From Nymphaea colorata (Eukaryota), in NCBI RefSeq assembly GCF_008831285.2, contig NC_045138.2:14198001-14262000 (forward strand): DNA of 64,000 bases. The letters are read 5' to 3'. This document shows positions 52,941-64,000 of the stretch, one piece after another; positions within the stretch are counted from its first letter, which is position 1, and every line of letters begins with the position of its first letter. The position numbers and the translations under genes are program-made. Under the pieces are notes generated by a model, which had not been told where the DNA came from, ran no database searches, and saw only the letters and a program-made list of their open reading frames with translations.

Positions 52941-53182
52941 AGGGGCATAGCACAGCTGGTTGGCTGGTCGGATTAGGAGTTTGTATAAAGGCAGGTTTTT
53001 AGTTTCATTCCCGTAGGCATTAGTTCATGTGTCTTAAGGTAGTAGGGCACGACATTCAAATTGAAGGGTGCATCAGTTGCCATCACTGACACCAACGCAG
53101 CTTAGGACTTCGGAGACAGGAGGAATGGGGGCCTTCGTGCCTCATTTCGAGCGGTGGGATGAACCTCTTGCTCACCCAAAAG
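52941..53182 (+). mobile_element. tRNA-derived SINE-like element
   Basis: A-box-like TAGCACAGCTGG (52948), degenerate B-box-like AGTTTCATTCCC (53001). Body blocks TTGAAGGGTGCA and GCAGCTTA(G/A)GAC are shared with 1260-1660. Confidence 0.55.
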
Positions 53183-54566
53183 CATAGACCTTTGACTAGG
53201 TGTACTAGATAGATTCAAAAGTCCAGTTTATCCTGTCTATATATTATTTAGATGATATTGATGGTGATGACCATAATAACAAACAGAAATTTTCATTTGG
53301 GGCCGATTTTCACTCTTGCTCTTTAAAAAAGGGTAAGATCGATTTTGTATTTCTAATATGTAGGAAGTCATGAGCCAGTAAAAGTATGGTACGGTCCTTC
53401 GTTAGTTTGATTCTCTTGGGTGATACTCTCCTAACCTTAAGGCAAGGGGAAAGATGATAGTTTCGGCTCTCTGAGGCATCGCTCCCAATGCCAAAAAAAA
53501 CTTTCCGTTCAACATTAATCATAAAACAAGGAGGCCCTTTATGGTGCCCGGACTATAGTTGCAAGCCAGTTGGTCACCTAAATACATTTGAGGAAACCAG
53601 ATCTGATACAGAAAAAAAAAAATGTTAAAATGTTCTTACTAGATCTGACCCATTTGCAACTCTACTTGGCCTGAACACCGGCAAATATACGCATCAATGA
53701 GGTGTGGTTTCACGCAATGATCAAACTCTCGTCTTACTTCACTGACGCATGCAACAAAATGCCGATGAATTCTACACGTGCCTTTGTTTGAGAAACTCAC
53801 TTGAAGATTATCTTCTCACATGTGACCGTTGTGGAGTTCTAGCATCTGGGTCTGGCACTATGCTGAACCAGTACTGCTTCCATGCAAATAAATTGGTAGT
53901 TTAGATCCAAATCCATATCCTTATTTGAGGTTGTGAATCTGTGGATGCTAAAATAGAGTCCTTGTGGGTTCTATGATTTTATTGCCTAATAAGATTCTGA
54001 CTTGAACGTGGATATGGATCCTGTCTGAACTTAAAAGGAAAATGGGAAGGAAAGAAAAGGAGACGTCCTCATGAGACTCGAAGACACGTCCATCTTCCCT
54101 GGTTCAAACTTTTGCTGGATATGGAGATGAAATATTGCTTAGTCTTTTGAACTTGGTTCTGACGAATGACGCTACAGAAAATCTGGTTCAACGAAGATGG
54201 TGCCTTGTCTGATAAAGATAGAAATGGAGATTGGATACGACTTCGCCAGATTCGCTTTTCCTTCAGTCTAATCTCCGAAAAAGTTGCACGTTTTGAATCC
54301 ACATTACGCGTTAACATTGTGAAAAGAAGTATGGACCACACCATAAAGTAGTGAAAATATGAATTTATCGTAAAGATTGTAAAAATGTGTAAAGCAGGTT
54401 TGGACTCCAAATTCAAGAAAAAATCAGATGCAGAAACAACGGATCCTTTACATACGTTGTCATGATTTTATTACAAGGAAAGAACAGGTTCCAACAAGCT
54501 CACATCTTCTTGTTAATGGCAGAAATCAAGTAATAGCAAAGATATATTACACAAGAGTTAGCAGGT

Positions 54567-57471
54567 TCAAATTCTGGGATAGCGTGATCGTCCTTTCTTT
54601 TTCAGAAACTCAGGTATCTCGACTGACCCGCTTTCCACAAAGGCCGAAGAAGGCCTGCGGTTGATTCCAGGGCCGCCATCGCCATGGGTAAGCTGATGGG
54701 TTCCCTGCATTTCACACCATTAAGAAAAAGAGAGCTAGAGGGAGAGAGAGAGATAGAGAGAGAGAGAGGGGATACCAGTGCAGGCCGGCCTTCAGTTTCA
54801 TCTTGGCGTTTGAATCCAGTTGCAATGAGAGTTATGCTCACCTGAGAAAACAACTTCAACATGACATCAATTGACAGGTAGCACAAAATTGAAAAAAAAA
54901 ACATGCGAACTTACTTTAAACATATACTTCTGAAACTTTTTGAGGAAAAGAAAGCAGAAAGTAGAGAGGGACAGGACCAACACAGCAAATAGCTTCACTA
55001 ACTTACCTGTCCACTGAGTGACTGGTCTATAACTGCACCAAAGATCAAATTTGCACTTGGATCTACGAGGTCATATATCACTTCTGCAGCAGCATTCACC
55101 TGCATTTTTTGTGTAAAAGCATCATTATAACAAGGTGCTCGAATTGAGCAGGCCTGTGTGTTTGTAGGATTCAAATGCTGGCCCTATTTGGCAATTGGCA
55201 CCACAGGCATGGCTTATTTCCACACCACACATGGTGATACTCTTTTATCTTATTTAGCACATGCCATTTATGTTCTATTCTTCTTCTAATATGAACATGC
55301 TATATATATCGGCCATCTTTACTAGAAAGCCTCAAGTTTCAACAGAGGGAATCTTCTAATCAGGCACACAGATCCATTAAATATGGATTGCAAGTCCAAC
55401 ACGTGCAGACACACTATCATGATTTCCACCAAATATGGTACCATGACAACTGTCTTTATTAACCGCTCCTTGTTGAATGCTCAAGAGTCAGTATCCAAGA
55501 AGGAGAGAATGACATAAAAGTCAAATTTGTCAGGATTGATGGAAGTCAGATCGAGTTTGTGAGAGAGAGAGAGAGAAGGCACCTCATACAAAGTGAGATC
55601 ACTTCCACCAGTGATATTCCAGACAATTCCAGTGGCTCTTTCAATGCCAATATCGAGCAAAGGTGAGTGAATGGCATTCAACGCAGCATCCCTTGCCCTA
55701 GTCTTGCCTGTGGAAATAAATAAGCTAGTAATTGAATCAAAACAACATATACACAACAAACGAGTCAGCAGATTCATACTAGACTTTGAAGCATGCAATT
55801 CTTTTCTCAACATTCCCGTGACAAACTCAATGCAAAATAATATTGCATATATATGCAGGTACATTTGTACGACAATAACTTTCTAAATATGCCTAGTTCA
55901 ATGTGTGCCTGTTCTCTTTTTGCTGTATGTTCTATGTACTAATATATCATTAAGTTGAACACTCTGTCCTCCAATATTTTGTGCTGAGCAAAAGTTGTCC
56001 CAACAAAGACATACAAGACTAAAATCGCCTTCTGAAATATAGGTTGCTCTCCTGCATACAACAGCATCACAACTTCTTCATCATGGTCACCCTTTGCATA
56101 ACTAGCTTACTATGGTTTGTGTAGTAGGACACCCACCTTCACAAGATAAACAGCTTAATTATCTTAGTGTAAGTTGAAATTCTCAGAAACAATGTCAGAG
56201 TGATAGGATCATAGAGAAAAAATAATTCCTATGTTAAAAGGTGAGGATCAGCTGTAGGGCAATAACTAGTAAAAGAGAGGCCCTGACACCATAACCTAAG
56301 GGCATGTCTGCAAGGTGGTGATGGACATCACATGATGCCTTGCTTTCTGTTGCACCCCTGATGAAAACATACAGAAAAGGTTTTGATGAAGGGTATCATA
56401 GAACACCCTTCATTGTGTTTGAATGGGAAGAGCACGGATGAGACACATTGCGCCTCAGACCATTTCTCCAACACTAAAAAATATAATAGGATATTCAGAT
56501 CATGCAAAAAACATATTCTCAATCGGGATGTCGAACCATGGCCAGAATTTCAAGCTCACGGAACAGATTATGGCCTAGACCAACGTTCAGCTTGATGCAT
56601 GCATACTCTCAAAACAATAGGAGCCTAGTTAAACAATGACATGATTCTTGTTCAGAGCCTCAGATGCCATAGCAATACTATTTGCACACTAATGTCTAAA
56701 AGAACTAAATAAGTGACAGGTATGCTTTTTTTTTTTGAAACATGATACCAGAAGATGCAGAGAATTCTATTTTGCAAACAGAAACAAACATGCATGGAGA
56801 ATTTTTATCCTGCAGACAGAAACAAGCAGACAAGTTCACAACTGCACATTCTATGCATGGATTCATGTAAATGCACATGCCCTCATGCACCATTGTCATG
56901 TTTTCTCAGAATGTTCAGATACTTTTAACTTCCTTTTTTTTTTCAATTTCTGTAGCTACCTGAGCTTCCAGTTCATATTTCCTTAAATATTTGTATTCTT
57001 TCCCCATAAATGGAAGCCCTCATTTAATGGAAAATCACTCCATCGCATCAGAGAGCCTGCAACCTTGCTTACTAGAAAAGCATGTGGTGAAGAAGCAACT
57101 AAACTGAACGTGGATGATCAGGCCTGGGAATAAATAGGGTAAGGCCAAAATTTAAAAGCAAAGTCAGATAGGCTGCTAATTATGAAGGATATATGGAAAA
57201 GGCTATCCTGCCAATCCACTAAGTACCAAGCCAGCCCAAGAAACAGACATGGAGAACTTATTGCAGGATTAGAAATTTAGAACCAATAAATCATGGGTCC
57301 ATGGTAGATCACCCCTCTGAAGGATATGAAGATGCATCCATGTTCAGGTTGTGCCATCTCACTCATAATAACATGATAGGACAAACATGCCAGCAACTGA
57401 ACCTTCCCCTTTCCAGTATAGCAAGAAACTTGCACAAACAAATTTTTAACTTCTTTCTCAAATGCAAAGTT

Positions 57472-57543
<72 letters not shown>

Positions 57544-60171
57544 ACACGTGTGTGCAGAGGCGCACGGTGCTTGTGATGTGCCACATGCACATGCTTTCAC
57601 ACATACATGTGACATAAGTCAACCATGGACCACTAATTATCAAAGAACAAATCAGTAAGCTGGTTTGCCTCTTTATTAGGATTTTCTTGAATGGTGACAT
57701 CTTCTGTAAAGGACATTCATTTGGACACAGACAAGATGATTTTAAAGCAAATCATAAAAATTTTTTCAGGAATACCAGGTGAGATCAGAATATAATAATC
57801 TCATGAAGCATGAGGAATTTCTTCAATCATTCCAGGTAGAACATTGGAGAAGAAGCTTGAACATCCAAGGTATGCTCAGAGGAAGCAGAAAAAAGATTCT
57901 ACAGAATTGTGCCTAATTTCTAAAACAGGAAACATAGTATAATCATATTAGATTCATAAATGCACCTGTTGCAGTTCCTATCCCCATCAAAGAGGAGCCA
58001 GCATTTGCCATAATAGCCCTTACATCAGCAAAATCAACATTAACTAGACCAGGGATCTGCAAAGACGATAAAAACAGAAGTAAAATCGCAAGAAAGTTTT
58101 TGTCATTAGTAAAGAAAGGACATAATTTCAACTTAAGGAAAAGCACAAACATTGTAGATAGATCTATCCATTATCAGCCAGGAGATAATTATTAAAGAAT
58201 GGGAGACATCCATGAGATACTTTGCACAAGAAACTACAAATAGAACTAAGTGCATACCGTGATTATATCAGAGATACCACGAACTCCTTGCCGGAGTATG
58301 TCATCAGCCAAGTTAAATGCTTCTGTCACAGGTGTAGATTGTGAAACAGCTGTCAACAACTTATCATTTGGTATGACAATTAATGTGTCAACATTATCTC
58401 TCAGAGCTGCAATTCCTTCTTGTGCTTGAACTGCCCGTCTTCGACCCTCAAAAGAAAATGGGGTAGTAACAATACCCACAGTCAGAATACCCATTGATTT
58501 TGCAATCCCTGCAATTATAGGTGCACCACCTGTTCCTGTCCCACCCCCCATTCCAGCCTGCACAATTTTAGATACATAAGCACCAAATAAAAGCTAATGC
58601 ACATAAGCAAAAAACTTAGCATGTGTGTGACATTGTTATTATTAATATTCAAAGTTTGAAATAACCACGCCAAATCAGTTTTTGTCAAAAAGGTCCATAG
58701 AGCACAAGCATGGAAAATAAAGCAAGAGAAGCGGGTAAATCATGCCAAGCACACCTGGCACAAGGCAAGTTAGGATATAGGGTGGCAATTGCACATAAAA
58801 TATCCATATTTATGAGTGTATGTGTCATTAATCATATAAATCCACAATTCTGAAATTTAAAGCAAGAAAATATGATCCCATCTTGTATGCAAACTCTTGA
58901 ATAACAGTTCCAAAACATTATCACAGCAATCATCAAATAACAAAACTAAGTTGAACTTAAGAGAATGACTAACTGATGATAAAACGCAAGGGAAGAAAGT
59001 AGAAACTGCAAGACAGTAAAAGCAGTAATCGAGATAATAAGGGAATAGATAAAGTTGATGCGCAACATTGACTCTGTCTGAAGTGTCGTGGTGCATCTTA
59101 ATATAATGTCATGCTGAAATAGAATTTCACGCTATGTCAACTTGCTGCAGTCACTACACAAACAAACTAAAGAACCCCAAGCCTTGCGCTCCAGGAATCT
59201 TCACAGGTCAAAAAATATTACAAAATACATAGTGTGAACGTGATGATATTTTTAAGTGTGAACGTGATGATATTTTTAAGTGACATGGTCAATCGATTCA
59301 ATAGTCCAACGGAAATTAATAATAGTGCTGCTCTACATCTTAGAAAGATACCTTCACCTCAGATATCAACAATCATAGAACAGGTGAATTAGAAGCATTA
59401 TAGTACAGTTCCTTTTAGCTTCCGTGAACTGACGGAATTCAACAAGAAAAACGTAGGTGGACGATTAATCAAATATCAACAGTAAAAAATGCTTACTGTT
59501 ACAAAAACCATGTCAGATCCGTACACCGCCTCCTCAATCGACTCTTTACTTTCCTTGGCAGCATTCATGCCAATATCTGGATTACCCCCGGCACCAAGAC
59601 CTCTGGTTAGCTCCTTGCCAATTTGAAGTCGGTTTTCTGGATACACAGGCGACAACCTCATGGCCTGCACATCTGTATTTACAATCCAAAACTCAACGCC
59701 ATTCATAGAACTTTCTATCATTCTATTCACGGCATTTGAACCACCACCACCAACACCAATCACTTTAATCTTGGCCGCATTGTAATGATTCGGAGGAGCA
59801 TCCTCACTGTATGTATCAAGAGCAATACCCGAATTATCCTTCTTTGGACTGCTAACAGTGTTATTCCCTTCTCCTCTCAGCATTGAAACTTCTGGATGCA
59901 GATTCAAGAAGGGGTCCTTGCTGTTATAAGGCGTATGTGTAGCGGAGACAACCCCTGCTCTACGTGAATTCGAACCCGAAAGTAGCTTCTGCTGCACAAG
60001 TCTAATCCTACTCCTTTCCTCAACCTTGGAGAACGCTGCAGGTTGAATTCCGCCATGAAGGGCAAGACCTTTCAGATCTTTGCAAAAAGCTTTTGAATGT
60101 GAGGAAGAATCGAGCAACAGATGAGGCTGAGACGCAGATGAAACAGTACAACAGAACACCTGGGACGCCAT
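54567..60171 (-). CDS. FTSZ2: Plastid division GTPase FtsZ2; 7 coding exons, ~495 aa
   Basis: Exons 60171-59497, 58557-58258, 58056-57966, 55707-55583, 55099-55007, 54841-54776, 54704-54567. Transit peptide, [34 protein letters not shown], signature [13 protein letters not shown]7 loop [10 protein letters not shown], and the FtsZ2-type tail [18 protein letters not shown]. Confidence 0.97.
57473..57541. repeat. (CA)~34 microsatellite in FtsZ2 intron 3
   Basis: Uninterrupted CA run. Confidence 0.98.
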
Positions 60172-62653
60172 TTTTTCTAAACAGCAGCAACGCCAGGAAA
60201 GGACTCTTGTTTACCCCAACGATGAAAGAACCTGGGTATCTCTCGCTTATACCCTCATGTATCCAATCTCTTCAGGCCCCTCATCAATCATGCTCTCAGA
60301 TGACTACAGAAAACCAACAACACCAAAAAAGGACAACCAAATTAAAATCAGTAGGCATTTCAGCTGATACATAATAACGTAAGCCCAAAAGAGAGAAAAT
60401 AAAGGAACTGCTGCCGCTGTGCAAAATAAGTACACACAATCAATCTCCACAAGAGAATTCAAGCAGGAGTTCACACTAAAAAACCGAAACGTAAGACATT
60501 GCCTTCCGCAGGAAGAGAAAGAGAATTTAAGTTCTTCTTTCAGGACTACCAACCACGGAAACGATGACAGATAGAGAAAAAATAGCAAATGGGCAACGGA
60601 GAAAACGAAAGAAGGTATGCTACCTTTGAAGGAACACAAGAAAGCTCGGCGGTTTCGGTGGCATTTGACCGGGGGTTTTAGTGAGCAGATAGGATAATGG
60701 AGATGGGTTTTCCTGCCTTGTTAGTTGGAAGCAGGGCCTCTTCTTCGCTGTCGCTCGGTTGTTGGGACTGGGAAGAAAGAATGGGGGAGGGGTTTTAGCT
60801 TTTTTAGGGGTTGAGCGAGAGACCTCGGGAAAGGAAGATGCCGCTACAACCTCAACAGGACTAGGTGGGCTCCTCCTCTGCTCCCGTTAGCTCACCTCAA
60901 GGAGGGCCACCAAAGGGGAAAGGGAGCCAAGGAGGAGGGTCATTATCGGCGTGGCCCAGTCGGGGAGCCCCTTCGTCGCACCCGCAGCTCATCAGTCGCC
61001 CTCAGACACAGCACTCGAAGCTCCACCACTTGGACTCGGGCGTCCCTCTCTCAGCCCACCTCAACAACCACAGCTCTCTCTATCTTTCTCCCGATTACGA
61101 CTATCTAGTCTCTATATTTCTCTCCAGATTGTGACTTTTGAACAAGCAACCAGAACAACTGATACTTCTTATGATATTTATTTAGTTGGCAAAAGTGGTC
61201 CTATGAACACTGCCTGATTGATTTTGTAATCATGCTTAAACATTTGGCTTGGTCAATCATATAATTTGGAAATCCATGACTCCAAGTTTGGTAAATGTTG
61301 TAGTTCCATTATGAAAACATGCCCTTAAAATTGCAAAATGTTTATGCAATCATAATCTAGTTATCATATGCTTTTTTGCTTCAGTATAACTCTATGAACA
61401 TCATTTTATAATTGAATGGCAGTCAAAAATACATTATGTTAGATTATTTTCACGCTTAAATGCACTTTATGGTATTTAGAGAAAAAATCTTTGCACCAAA
61501 TTCTACCTGAACTTGTTTTGTATATTCTTAGACTGTTCAAATCTGGAACTGGACCATGTAAATCACTGAGATTCTAGTTCCTAACCCAATTCCTTGCTTA
61601 TCTAACTATGGATTGGATTCATTTCTTGATTTACATGAGCTTCACTCTATGTTTGGAAGTTTTTCTAATGATCCAAAGGATAATGTGGCAAATGTATCAA
61701 CTTTGGTAGGCCATGGAAAACTTTTTGTTATTTGGAGTGAAAAATATAAGCTCGATTGCTTGTACATGACGCAACAAATATATATGGGGATTCCGTTTGA
61801 ATTCAAATAAGAGTGGATCATTTCTATTTGGACTTAGATTCGTTTTCTCCTCGTGCATTTCAAATTAGTACGGAGTTGTGGATATGGACTTGTTGCCGAT
61901 CCGATTTCACCGTGCCCGCCCCAGTGATTTCCCGTTCAAGCGTTTAGGCCAAATCGAGATGCAGAAATAAACAGAAAGGCTGATTACCAAACGTTTGACC
62001 CTCACGAACAGAAACATGAGAATAGATCGGAACCGTAGATCTCGCAACAACTTCTTCTCGTTTCTACCGTTGGATGCGAGATGACTGTGCCCTCATTAAA
62101 TGAAAATGAGGATGGCGCGCATGTGATTGATAGTGTTGTCGCCCAATGCGACGGAACCAACTCCGACCACGACGACCGTGATCTCTTCCCCGTTCTCTCC
62201 CTCCCTCCCTCCCTCATCCTCGTCCCTTCGTTCGGTGATCGCCACCGGTTCCCGATCATCTCTCGCGTTCTCCGACAAGGGATCGGTGGGGAAGACGGAG
62301 AGATCTGGTTATTGTCCATCCGTCGCGTTTCTTTGGCGCTGGATTGAAGAAATCGAGGGTGAGAGGACGAACGATCCGGTTTCAGGTCATTCGTCGCGTC
62401 GTTTGCCGTCGAATATTGAAGAAATCGGATAGAGGAAAGCCGGCAGATCGCTATCCGGTCGTCTCTGGCTTTCATCGGGGCTTGCGTCAACAATCGACGT
62501 CCTGAAAGACGAAACAACTTACACACCGATCATTGCGTCGCTTCTGTGGCAACGGGTTGACGGAAATTCGCGGTGGTAGGGCCGAGGTTACTGTTGCTCT
62601 TTTTATCTCTTCCATTTTGGCCAAAACACTCGAATCCGGTGGAGAGAGAGAGA

Positions 62654-63916
62654 ATGGAGTGCCTTCCGGTGGAGGTCATCGGTAACATCCTATCACGCGT
62701 TGGGGCAGCGAGGGATGTAGTGGTGGCGTCCGCGACATGTCGGAAGTGGCGAGAGGCCGGCCGGAACCACCTGCGCACTCTGTCCTTCAACTCCGCCGAT
62801 TGGCCGGTCTATCGCGAGCTCTCGGCGAGCCGGCTGGAGATCCTGATCACGCAAACCATCTTCCAGACGAAGGGTCTTCAAAGCCTGTCGATATCTATGG
62901 CCGACGTGGCCGACGAGTTCTCCGCGGCTCCAGTCATCGCCTGGCTCATGTACACTCGGGACTCCCTGCGCTCCCTCCTCCACCTCGTCCGCACGGCTCC
63001 GCCAGTGAACGTCCTGGAGAGGTGCGGCCGCTCCCGGCTCGAGGCCCTCGTCCTCGGCTTCACTTCCATCTCCGGCGTCGAGCCCAGCTACCAGCGGTTC
63101 CCCTGCCTCCGCTTTCTCGCCCTGCACAGTGTTAGCGTCTCCGCCCTTGACCTCAGCCTCCTTCTCTCTGCCTGCCCACTCATCGAGTCCTTCTCCCTCG
63201 TGAGCCCTGACATTGCCATGTCCGACTCTCAGGCCACCATGGAGCTCAGCAGCCCCACCCTCAAGCGGATCTACGTCGAAGCAATCAGCCTTGACAAGTT
63301 CGTCCTCGATGCCGATTCCCTTGAATCTCTGCACCTCAAGAACTCGACGCTCGAGTACTTCGAGCTCGTGGGGAAGGGTGGGCTCCGGCATCTCAGGTTC
63401 GACGATGTCAGCGTGATCCATCTGGACATCGGCGACACCGCGGATTACCTGGAGGTAGTCGACGTGAACGATTTCACGATCGTCTGGCCGAAGTTCTACC
63501 AGACAATAACGAGATCGGCGAAGTTAAGGCGGCTTCGGCTATGGGGAGTGGTGTTCGATGTGGAGGATGAGGTCCTGGACTTGGAAACGATTGCTGTTTG
63601 TTTCCCCAGATTGAGCCACCTCTCACTAAGCTACGAGACAAGGGACAGCTTGGTGCACTATGGTCTTCATGGTTCGACAATGCTGGAGAATGTAGTGGCC
63701 CTCGAGTTGGGTTCCACGGTGATCAATGACCTATTCACAGAGTGGGTGGCGGGGCTTCTCGAACGATGTCCGAATCTTAAGAAGTTGGTCATTCATGGAA
63801 CCATATCGGAGATGAAGACCCGAGAAGAATGCCAGACGTTAGCTGGTTTTACCTCTTCGATTGTTCGGCTTATGAGGAAGTACATTAATGTTGATGTGCA
63901 ATTTGAGTATCAATGA
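62654..63916 (+). CDS. F-box/LRR-repeat protein, At1g67190-like; intronless CDS, 420 aa
   Basis: First ATG of the 447-codon ORF is at 62654: F-box MECLPVEVIGNILSRVGAARDVVVASATCRKWR, LRR-like units (FPCLRFLAL, ACPLIESFSL, RCPNLKKLVI) and C-terminal LMRKYINVDVQFEYQ*. Confidence 0.93.
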   Translation: MECLPVEVIGNILSRVGAARDVVVASATCRKWREAGRNHLRTLSFNSADWPVYRELSASRLEILITQTIFQTKGLQSLSISMADVADEFSAAPVIAWLMYTRDSLRSLLHLVRTAPPVNVLERCGRSRLEALVLGFTSISGVEPSYQRFPCLRFLALHSVSVSALDLSLLLSACPLIESFSLVSPDIAMSDSQATMELSSPTLKRIYVEAISLDKFVLDADSLESLHLKNSTLEYFELVGKGGLRHLRFDDVSVIHLDIGDTADYLEVVDVNDFTIVWPKFYQTITRSAKLRRLRLWGVVFDVEDEVLDLETIAVCFPRLSHLSLSYETRDSLVHYGLHGSTMLENVVALELGSTVINDLFTEWVAGLLERCPNLKKLVIHGTISEMKTREECQTLAGFTSSIVRLMRKYINVDVQFEYQ

Positions 63917-64000
63917 ATTGGAACAGTAGCGGAAATTGCTGAAGTTGTTCAAATTCAGATGTCTCTGAAGTTCAAAATTTCTGAAGTTCAAAATTCGGTC

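Noticed and set aside
57277..57700. ORFs encoding poly-HT or poly-CV peptides
   Set aside because: Translation artefacts of the intronic (CA)n microsatellite.
62573..62653. Signal-peptide-like N-terminal extension of the F-box protein
   Set aside because: Starts at GTG; the family as I recall it begins at M-x-x-LPVEVIG; the hydrophobicity comes from a CT-rich leader.
62693..63421. 242-aa antisense ORF, and similar ORFs opposite the glucanase
   Set aside because: Explained as the shadow of GC3-rich codon usage on the sense CDS; no independent gene signals.

Overview
Flowering-plant nuclear genomic DNA: GT-AG spliced genes, AT-rich introns and many short transposon remnants. I assembled seven genes by hand from splice sites, each giving a continuous reading frame: a ZHOUPI/bHLH95-like transcription factor (+, 4279-8078), plastid HisA/HISN3 (-, 9302-13360), a GPI-type GH17 beta-1,3-glucanase (+, ~21915-27577, first exon ambiguous), a tail-anchored syntaxin-6-N-domain protein with no visible SNARE motif (-, 32111-38025), a SYP13/SYP132-type syntaxin (-, 40631-45726), plastid FtsZ2 (-, 54567-60171) and an At1g67190-like F-box/LRR protein (+, 62654-63916). 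There is also a plausible unassigned 131-aa ORF (+, 51755-52150), a decayed L1 LINE, tRNA-derived SINE-like copies, hAT- and Tourist-like MITEs, local tandem duplications and microsatellites. I cannot support any CRISPR, rRNA, tRNA or miRNA gene, and I do not see a clearly new biological system. The best leads are the unassigned ORF, the SNARE-less syntaxin beside SYP132, and the possible alternative N- and C-termini of the glucanase. Family assignments come from recalled motifs, not database searches.
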